In this document: positions 1 through 8,206 of the stretch, in pieces | Layout of the letters: the number at the start of each line of letters is the position of its first letter | Position numbering within the stretch: the stretch's first letter is position 1 | NCBI GenBank assembly: GCA_001275005.1 | Contig: JWZX01003320.1 | Span: 54,764 to 74,763 of the forward strand | Reading direction: 5' to 3' | Length of the DNA stretch: 20,000 nt | DNA from: Chrysochromulina tobinii | Lineage: Eukaryota | Made by a program: the position numbers and the translations under genes | The notes under the pieces: model-generated | Seen by the model: only the letters and a program-made list of their open reading frames with translations | What the model was told of the DNA's origin: nothing | Database searches by the model: none

Positions 1-170
1 GCGCCGCCCGTGTCGCTCACCCAGTTGGCGAGCGCCGCCGATCGCGCCGCGGCCGAACGGGACCATGCGACCACCTCGCCCTCGGCGCTTCGCACCCTCA
101 CATCGCCGTCGTCGCCGTCGCCGCCCATATCATCGCCACCTCTGACGTCGCCGTCCCGAAGACGCTTCAT
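1..170 (-). CDS. 5' part of a gene with a Skp1/BTB-POZ-like N-terminal domain (runs off the window edge)
   Basis: Not in the ORF track (no stop inside the window). ATG at 170 in CACC-ATG context; manual translation MKRLRDGDVRGGDDMGGDGDDGDVRVRSAEGEVVAWSRSAAARSAALANWVSDTGG. The segment VRSAEGEVVAWSRSAAARSAALANWVSD resembles the Skp1 POZ start (L.S.DG..F.V....A..S..I..M..D). Confidence 0.6.
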   Translation of the reverse strand, partial: MKRLRDGDVRGGDDMGGDGDDGDVRVRSAEGEVVAWSRSAAARSAALANWVSDTGG

Positions 171-412
171 GGTGCAGAACTTCTTTTCCCAAGAAAAGAT
201 AACAAAACAAGTGTTTTTGGCCCCGCCGGCGGCGAGGCTCGCGAGTGCTCGGTCTTCTGCAAGGGGGGAGCCTCGCTGCCCGCAAATTCACACCTGGAAC
301 CGTTAATGAAGTGTTCTTTTGGGGGACTCGATCGAAAACATGGAGTTGGTTTGGCAATCCGACTTGCGAACCATAGCGCGGTGCGGAAGCCCTTGCGCTT
401 GCTGCTGTCAGG
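171..412. promoter_or_regulatory. short intergenic region between divergent genes (candidate bidirectional promoter)
   Basis: 242 bp with A/T runs between ATG 170 (-) and ATG 413 (+); no specific motif identified. Confidence 0.35.
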
Positions 413-3400
413 ATGAGCATGTTCTCGCTGAGCATGCTCTCGAATCGCGGCCGTCCGAGCTCTTCGGACGCCGCCGAGATCGCAGGCTTGCCGTTCGCAG
501 CGGCCCTCAACGTCAGCCCCGGCGTGCCGTCCTCGTCGAAGCAACGTGCGCGAGCGTCCAGCCCTCCTAAGCCGCCGCCCGTCGCAGTAGCCAGCCCACC
601 GCGGCCGTCGACGCCGGACCAGCCGAGCCCGGCGGAGGCCTTCGCGAAGAAGTGGGAGGTGGAGCAGACCAAGAAGCAGATGCTTCTCGACGAGCTCGAG
701 CTGGTGCGCGCGCAAGTCTCCGAGTTGCTCGAAGACCAGCGGCGCAGCGAGCATCTGAATGCGACGCCGTCCGAGCACATCGTGCTGTCCGCTCACCACG
801 CCGGCGAGGCGCTCGCGCGCAGCCTCGCATGGTGCTGCGAATGGATGAGCGCCGTCCTCCGCGGATGCGTGGCCGGTGCCGCCGGCAGCCGCAGCCGGGC
901 GGCCCGCCCTCTCCATGCGCTGCCTCGCGATGACGAGGAGGACTCGGTGGCGGGGCGGGCGAGCTCGCTGCTGGGCGAGGAGGGCGCGAACGACACGCAC
1001 CTCGCCCGCAAGATGCGTCGGAGCGCGCCGGCGCGGGGCCTGGTGACGAAACCCGAGATTGCGTCCAAGGGCGGCGTGACGAAACCCGAGAGCGCATCCA
1101 AGGGCGGTGTGACGAAACCGAGCCCGAAGGGCGATCCGAAGCATGCGAGAGTTCCCGAGGATAACCCCGAGCTCGTGGCGGCGATGGGGCGTTGGTGCGC
1201 AGGCCACGTGTCCAAGCAGGTGCGTGCGATCTCGCTGCGATCTCGCTGCGATCTCGACACGATTGCAAAACCTCGACACGCCTCGACTCGCCTCTGCATG
1301 CCTCGAGTTACCTCGACTTGCCTCGAATGGCCTCGAATGGCCTCGAGTTGCCTCGCAGGCGTGGGATTTGAGCATGCCACTGATTGCATGCTGATTGCAT
1401 GCTGATTGCATGCGGATTGCATGCTGATTGCATGCTGATTGCATGCTGATTGCATGTCGCAGGCGTGGGATCTGAGCATGCTCGTCCTCATCATCTACTC
1501 TTGCGTCGTGATTCCCTTCCGGATCGGCATGTCAGTACCGAACCCGACGGGCGTCAGCCAGGTGCGATCTGGCCCGAGATTGCGATCTGGCCCGAGATTG
1601 CACCTCTGATCGCACCTCCTTGCACCTCCTTGCGCCCGATGGTCCTCTCTGTGTGTGTGCCACGTGGCTTGCCATGTGACCCAAGTGACACGCGTGCCCC
1701 TCTGCAGACGATCGAGCGTTGCATCACGCTCCTATGATTGCCTCTGATGACCTCTGATGACCTCTGATTGCCTCTGATGACCGCTGATTGCCTCTGCAGA
1801 CGATCGAGCGGTGCATCACGCTCCTCTTCATCGTCGACCTGTGCCTCAACTTCAACACCGCCTACCTCGACGGATCGCACTTCATCGTCGACCGGTCCCT
1901 GATCGCGCGTAACTACCTCATGGGATGGTTCTGGATCGATCTCGCCTCTTCGATCCCCTTCGAGGACCTTCTACACCTCTTAGTGCTCCTCACCGGCAAC
2001 GAGGAGGCGTTCTCCGGTCAGCCAGATTGCTCTCAGCCTGCTCTGATGACCTCTGATGACCTCTGATGACCTCTTTTGACCTCTGTTGACCTCTGATGAC
2101 CTCTGAGTGCCCTCTGAGTGCCCTCAGAATCCTCTGAGTGGGACCGATGCCCCTTCCTTATTAGGCAACCCGGCGGCCCTCAAACTCCTTCGTGGCCTAC
2201 GCCTTGTGCGACTGCTGCGACTGCTCAAGCTGCTCAAGCTGCAGCAGCACATCGATACACTCGAGGACTATCTCGAGGTTGACCTCGGCTTCTTACAGGT
2301 GCCACTGATTGCCACTGATGGCCACTGATTGCCACTCGAGGACTATCTCGAGGTTGACCTCGGCTTCTTACAGGTGCCACTGATTGCCACTGATTGCCAC
2401 TGATTGCCCCTCGAGGACTATCTCGAGGTTGACCTCGGCTTCTTACAGGTGCCACTGATTGCCACTGATTGCCCCTCGAGGACTATCTCGAGGTTGACCT
2501 CGGCTCCTTACAGGTGCCACTGATTGCCACTGATTGCCACTTGATTGCCACTTGTTTGCACCTCGATGACATCTGAGTGCGCCCGAGTGCATCTAAGTAC
2601 GCCTGAGTGCATCTGAGTGCGCCTGCTAGCACCCCTCGATTGCATGCGCATGCAGATCCTCAAGATCGTCACTGATTGCCACTGATTGCATGCGCGTGCA
2701 GATCCTCAAGATGGTCACTGATTGCCACTGATTGCCACTGATTGCATGCGCGTGCAGATCCTCAAGATGGTCGCTATGATCCTCTACCTGATGCATATCC
2801 TCGGCTGCTTTTGGTTCTTCGTCGCGACCAACTCGGGCTATGAGGGCACGCTCGAGGCCGGTGACACGTGGCTCGCGAGGTACCACTGATTGCAACTGAT
2901 TGCCACTTGAGTGCACTGATTGCCACTCGATGCCGGTGACACGTGGCTCGCGAGGTACGATGGCGGCTCAGGGCTCACCATCCCCCTCGGCATGCAAGTG
3001 CTCACCACGACGCCCGGACTCCCCACAGGTACGATGGCGGCTCAGGGCTCACCGCCCCTCTCGAGACCCAGTACCTCTTCTCCATCTACTGGGCGCTGAT
3101 GACGCTCACCACCGTCGGCTACGGCGACATCACACCCGCCAACGACTCCGAGCGCCTGTAATCACTGATTGCCACTGATTGCCTCATGAGCGCCTGTAAT
3201 CACACCCGCCAACGACTCCGAGCGCCTGTAATCACTGATTGCCACTGATTGCCTCATGAGCGCCTGTAATCACACCCGCCAACGACTCCGAACGCCTGTG
3301 CGCTTCCCGCGCTCTGCCCTCGAGATCGCCTCCTGATCGCATCGAGATCGCATCGAGATCGCATCGTGATTGCATCGAGATCGCATCGAGATCGCATCGT

Positions 3401-5848
3401 GATCGCATCGTGATTGCATCGAGATTGCCTCATGGTGTCCCCCTTGCGCGCTCGGCTCCCTGCTGCTCGGCGCGCTCGGCCTCGGCATGCAAGTGCTCAC
3501 CACGACGCCCCCCCCTCTTCCCCACAGGTACGCGCTCGGCTCCCTGCTGCTCGGCGCGCTCGTCTTCGGCTTCATGCTCTCGTCGATCGGCGGCTTAGTC
3601 AAGGGCCTCGATAAGGAGAATATCCGGCTGCAGCACAAGATGGATGAGGTCAAGGAGTTCACCAGATGGCATAAGATGCCTAGTGACCTCTCCTCGCGCG
3701 TGCGCAAGTAGGAGGATTGCTGATGACCTCTAATGACCACTGATGACCTCTGATGACCTCTGATGACCGCTGATGACCTCTGATTGCCTCCCTCATCAAG
3801 CACGCTTGGCTCGGGCGGGGCCACGAATGACCACAGAGTGCACCTCCGACGACCTCTTGAGTGCTTCCGTTGGCCCCCTCCTCCTCCCCAGGTACTACGA
3901 GTTCTATTACCACTGATGACCACTGATGACCTCTGATGACGTCTGATTACCTCCCTCCTCAGGTACTACGAGTTCTACTACCAGAAGCTCTCCTCGTTGC
4001 CCGAGGAGGTGATCCTAGCGCGCGCGCCCAGCTCGCCCTCGGCATGCAAGTGCTCACCACGACGCCCCCCCACCACCCTCTTCCCCACAGGTGATCCTAG
4101 CCGACATGTCGCCCGAGCTCAAGGCATGCAAGTGCTCACCACGGCGCCCCCTCACCCTCTTCCCCACAGGTGATCCTAGCCGACATGTCGCCCGAGCTCA
4201 AGGCCGACGTCATGGCACACCTGCTCGCGCGCTCGGTCAGCCAGATCCCTTTCTTTTACGTGCCCGTGCTCGGCGCGAGCGAGCCCGCGCCGCCCGACAC
4301 GGCGTTCCAAATGGCCATCTACCCGCTCTTGAAGCCCGTCGTGCGCGAGGCGAAGGAGATCATCATCTCGCGCGGAGATGCACTCTCCGACCTGACCTTC
4401 GTGCACAAGGGCACGGTGCATGCCTACGGCCTCTGGAACGCCGCACGCCAGCTACGGCCACCCCATATTAGGCAACCCGAGTGGGCAGGCGGCCATCCCA
4501 TCTTAGGCAGCGGGTCGGCGCTCAGGACGACGCGGCGTGTCATCGGCCCGCGGACCGCGCGGGTGCTCGCCGACGAGGAGGAGCTCGCGCTCAGGACGGC
4601 GCCCAGCTTCGGCCGGCCGTTGCTGACGCTGGCCGAAACGGGCGCGCTGCTGAGCGAGGGCGCGCTCACGGAGACGCCGACGAAGATGGCGTACATGGCG
4701 GTGCTGCGGACCGAACTGGTGCTGATGGCGCGGTCAGACCTGCTCAAAGTCCTGGACGACTTCCCACACGCGCGTTATGAGATTGGAGCCTTCATCAAGG
4801 CGGAGATGCTCGAGCGCCTCAAGATGACCTACTTCTCCCTCCGCTTCCAGGTGACGAACCCGTGCTGATGGAGCCCTGATTGCGGTGACGAACCTTTGCG
4901 TGGAGCCCTGATTGCGGTGACGAACCTTCGCGCGGAGCCTGGATGAAGCCTTTGGTTGGCCAACGGCCCGATTGCCCCACTCATCACCTCTGATGACGAC
5001 CTCTGATGATGACGATGATGACCTCTGATTGCCCCCCCCCCCCTAAACAGGTGCGCGAGGCGTACGTCATCTGTGACGAGGAGGTCCGCGCGGTCCGCCT
5101 CGCGTACCGCGAGAACAGCTCCAATTACGTCGCCAGCTTCAACCTCCTCCAGATGGGCGCCTTGCGTCTCCAGATGGGATGGCTCAAACGGCAGATCCAG
5201 AAGCTGGCGTCCACGCCCGCGACGGCGCTCGTCCCGTGCATCTATGGAGCGCCGCCGCGGGCGCCGCCTGCTCCTGCGGCGCATCGGCCGCGCACGCCGA
5301 CGAAGCTCACCATCGAAGCTCTGGACCGCCTAGTGGGGAGTGGAATGGGCGTCATGTTGGGCGTCGCTCCCTTTGGTGGCGCCATGTTGGGCATCGCTCC
5401 CTTTGGTGGCGCGCTCCTCCCGCGGATCCACTCGCCACGCACTAGCCAAGCGGACGCGGCCGCTGCGCTGTCTGCAACGGACCGAGGGCGCATCGACGAG
5501 ATGACGAAACTCGCGGGCAGCGGCAGCGGCAGCGGCAGCGCGCGCCAACTGGTCGGGAGCGCGAGGTCGCAATCTGGGAGCGCGAGGTCGCTATCTGGGA
5601 GCGCGAGGTCGTACTCTGCGCGGGCGGCGGTGCGCGATCTCTCCGTGCGAGATCGCAGCCCGGCGCGCCTGCAGAGGGTCGACGAGGAGGAGGCGGCCCT
5701 CGAGCGCAGCGCCGTCCCGGGCGGTGCTGGGGCCGTCGCCGCCTCCTCGGAGGCGCTACACGGCTTGCGACAGGTCGAGGCCAAGCTAGGAGACGACGAG
5801 GCTCGCCTCGCTCTCTTGAACGAGAAGCTCGCGTCCCTGCTCCGGTAG
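413..5848 (+). CDS. voltage-gated K+ channel of the CNBD superfamily (KCNH/HCN/CNG-like), 10 exons, about 1070 aa
   Basis: Exons 413-1219, 1463-1561, 1800-2016, 2165-2298, 2758-2879, 3029-3157, 3528-3707, 3963-4008, 4170-4850, 5051-5848; all introns GT-AG, phases consistent, 3213 nt in total. Product has S1 (AWDLSMLVLIIYSCVVIPFRIG), S2 (FIVDLCLNFNTAY), S3 (YLMGWFWIDLASSIPFE), S4 (LLRGLRLVRLLRLLKLLK), S5 (MHILGCFWF), pore YWALMTLTTVGYGDITP, S6, C-linker (LSSRVRKYYEFYY...ILADMSPELKADV), a CNBD-like domain (LTFVHKGTV) and a C-terminal coiled coil. Confidence 0.93.
1378..1456 (+). repeat. intronic minisatellite (CTGATTGCATG)n
   Basis: About 7 tandem 11-mers between two copies of the exon-2 acceptor/start. 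Confidence 0.9.
2042..2140 (+). repeat. intronic minisatellite (CTCTGATGAC)n grading into (CTCTGAGTGCC)n
   Basis: Tandem 10/11-mers in intron 3; the same 10-mer family recurs at about 1735-1797, 3720-3790, 3911-3950 and 4987-5031. Confidence 0.9.
2260..2550 (+). repeat. 4x tandem copy of the exon-4 3' end plus donor plus (CACTGATTGC)n
   Basis: Unit CTCGAGGACTATCTCGAGGTTGACCTCGGCTTCTTACAG|GTGCCACTGATTGCC starts at 2260, 2335, 2410 and 2475 (periods 75, 75, 65). Confidence 0.95.
3129..3299 (+). repeat. 3x copy of the exon-6 3' end and donor (70-bp period)
   Basis: ATCACACCCGCCAACGACTCCGA(G/A)CGCCTGT at 3129, 3199 and 3269. Confidence 0.92.
3335..3428 (+). repeat. intronic minisatellite (GATCGCATCGA)n
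   Basis: About 8 degenerate 11-mers in intron 6. Confidence 0.85.
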
Positions 5849-6319
5849 CGCGCCGTCGTGGGCGCACCTGCCCCTTTTGCTCGCCGCAGGGCGTCGGAAC
5901 ACGTGGCAACACTGCCGGTCCGATCGTGCAACACTGCCAGTGTTGCCAGTGTTGCACGACGTCCGATCGGATCTGGCAACACTGCCGGTCCGATCGTGCT
6001 TTCGGGAGGGTGGCCCGCCCGCCCGCCCCTTTTCAGAACGCCACCTCTACCGTCCGTGCTGTGACACCTCTGCCATGTGGGTTCGGGATCTGCAGGATCG
6101 ATTGTGTGTTATAGGGTTAGGGCTTAGGGACCCGCGCACGTGATCGTGTAAGACCTGCTCACGTGATCAGCTGATGATATGTGCAATTCCAACTCGTTTC
6201 TCAGGACGGGAGGCAGGTGCGGCCGAGCTCAGAGCTTCCCAGATCCCAGGACGGAGCGCTACGTAAGCAGCAGTAAGGGACGTCGAGATACTAAGGCGGT
6301 CTCCGCTCTAGCTCGTACG
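5751..6319 (+). repeat. copy 1 of a local segmental duplication (channel C-terminus plus 3' flank)
   Basis: Aligns by eye with 7105-7712 from AGGCGCTACACGGCTTG to CTAGCTCGTACG, with small indels. Confidence 0.93.
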
Positions 6320-6601
6320 ACCCAAATGTACTTTACGTGAACCTACCGCGCTCCAGCCTCCACGGAGACCGCACGCAGCACCCAGCACGCACGCGCAGCA
6401 CGTTCGCACAGAGCACGCACACACTGCACGCACACGCTCGCGGCACGCGCGCATCGTCCATTGATTCGGTATCATCTTACAACCGTTGGGGCGTTGCGCG
6501 TTGGCATGCGTTATCCCTTCTGCCGTTCTTTGTGTGTCCATCTTTGTGTGTCCATCTTTGTGTGTCCATCCTCGTGCACCTCAAATGCATACGTTTCTGG
6601 C

Positions 6602-6799
6602 TCACGAGGATGAAGGATACCAGTCTTGCCGCTCATGAATAATGCTGCTCATGGGACCAGTCACAATCATGCCGCTCCCCGGCGCGGGTGCCGTCGCGCC
6701 GAAGGGTGACAGCAACTCCTGGGACCGTCCTCGTCCATGGCCGGTGCCCAACACCCTCTCACTGCGCTGCGCCATCTGCGCGCTGAGGAACGTGGCCAT
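6602..6799 (-). CDS. possible short exon or gene fragment in the spacer between the duplicated copies
   Basis: ATG at 6799 (CCCCATGG context), GC3-rich codons MATFLSAQMAQRSERVLGTG..., a GTGAGC donor-like site overlapping the stop, and an AT-richer upstream stretch; no recognisable domain. Confidence 0.25.
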   Translation of the reverse strand: MATFLSAQMAQRSERVLGTGHGRGRSQELLSPFGATAPAPGSGMIVTGPMSSIIHERQDWYPSSS

Positions 6800-7104
6800 G
6801 GGGCTGAGCGGCAAGATGGGCGGACGCGGCAATAGTTACGCTCGCCACAAGAACGAAGACGCGCGCATGAGCTTGCTTTTTGCCGCGAGAGCGAGCGCAA
6901 AAAACACCCAATCTATTTGAGGCAACTCCTGGCACATTCTTTCAGGTTGGTCACAGCAAAAACCCAAACGCAAACATTCGAAGATGCCGAAAGAGATGGA
7001 GCTCGTTCGACTCCGGCCGACGACTCTACACTCGAAAGAACCAACCTGTTTTATACATGTCGACGATGAAAAGGCTCCGTCACGTTCGACGTTGCCTCTC
7101 TGCA

Positions 7105-7712
7105 AGGCGCTACACGGCTTGCGACAGGTCGAGGCCAAGCTAGGAGACGAGGAGGCTCGCCTCGCTCTCTTGAACGAGAAGCTCGCGTCCCTGCTCGACC
7201 GGTATTACTCCGGTAGCGCGCCGTCGTGGGCGCACCAGCCCCTTTTGCTCACCGCAGGGCGTCGGACCTGGCAACACTGCCTAAACACTGCCGGTCCGAT
7301 CGTGCAACGCTGCCAGTGTTGCAGTGTTGCACGACGTCCGAGCGGATCTGGCAACACTGCTGGGTGCTGGTCCGATCGTGCGCCGTGCTTTCGGGAGGGT
7401 GGCCCGCCCGCCCGCCCCTTTTCAGAACGCCACCTCTACCGTCCGTGCTGTGACACTTCTGCCATGTGGGTTCGGGATCTGCAGGATCGATTGTGTGTTA
7501 TAGGGTTAGGGCTTAGGGACCCGCGCACGTGATCGTGTAAGACCCGCTCACGTGATCAGCTAATGATACATGTACATGTATGTGCAATTCCAACTCGTTT
7601 CTCAGGACGGGAGGCAGGTGCGGCCGAGCTCAGAGCTTCCCAGATCCCAGGACGGAGCGCGCTGCGTAAGCAGTAAGGGACGACATAGGCGGTCTCCGCT
7701 CTAGCTCGTACG
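7105..7712 (+). repeat. copy 2 of the segmental duplication (fragment of the channel 3' end)
   Basis: Re-encodes ALHGLRQVEAKLGDEEARLALLNEKLASLL; an insertion near 7197-7212 shifts the original TAG out of frame. Confidence 0.93.
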
Positions 7713-8206
7713 GGGTATTCGGTTGCGCTGGTTTAGGTACTTGTGAGGTCAAGGGTGTGAGGTACTTGTGTGTTTCGACTAATTAGCTTGCTTGCTTGCC
7801 GCGCGCGCCTTCATTTCGCCGACCGCCTTCGAGCAGGCGCGGGGAGGCGCTCTGGGAGCGGGTGAAGGCAGGGTCGGGTTCGCTGGGGGCGGCCTCTTCT
7901 GAGTCGGCCGCGGGGAGCGGTCGGCTCCGGGCCTGCGGCTGTTGAGTCGGCCGCGGTTTCGGTCGTCGCGCTGACGTGCGGGTTGTGTGTTGTTGGTGGG
8001 TTTGGATGGTTGTGAGGTTCGTCTGTGTGGTCCGTGTGCCTTTGTGCGCCCGCGTGCCCCGTGTGCCCGTGTGTGTGTCCCGGCTCCCCCCGTTGTCTTT
8101 TTACCGGTACCGGTGCAGTTCCGGTCCGGTTTTGAAACCAATGCTCGCACGGCCTCCCATTACGCACAAGAATGGGGGATCACTCCTTGGGGGCGTCAAA
8201 CACGGC

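Larger units (their letters stand above)
2989..4169 (+). repeat. dispersed ~40-50-nt acceptor cassette GGCATGCAAGTGCTCACCACG(A/G)CGCCC...CCCCACAG, 4 copies
   Basis: Copies at 2989-3028, 3484-3527, 4041-4090 and 4123-4169; each ends at a real or decoy 3' splice site. Confidence 0.9.

Noticed and set aside
130..1494. Long antisense ORFs over exon 1 (and similar shadow ORFs throughout the window)
   Set aside because: Expected in high-GC coding DNA; translations are Arg/Ala/Ser-rich or derived from minisatellites (e.g. MQSACNQHAIS).
2260..4204. CRISPR-like repeat/spacer appearance of the intronic repeats
   Set aside because: The repeats are copies of exon ends or minisatellites, the spacers are not unique, there are no cas genes and the context is eukaryotic.
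6295..6312. Helitron 3' end (GCGG-TCT-CCGC hairpin plus CTAG)
   Set aside because: The stem is only 4 bp and abuts CTAG, and the duplication continues past it.
6984..7532. 182-aa ORF as an independent gene
   Set aside because: It is a chimera of spacer sequence, the duplicated channel tail and read-through 3' flank.
5751..7712. LTR retrotransposon or TRIM (two long direct repeats)
   Set aside because: The repeat begins inside the channel coding sequence and lacks TG..CA termini, a recognisable PBS/PPT and any gag/pol remnant.
7976..8140. N-terminal extension of the 1024-aa ORF
   Set aside because: Non-ATG start and a GT-rich, non-coding-like translation; ATG 8207 (or 8141) is more plausible.
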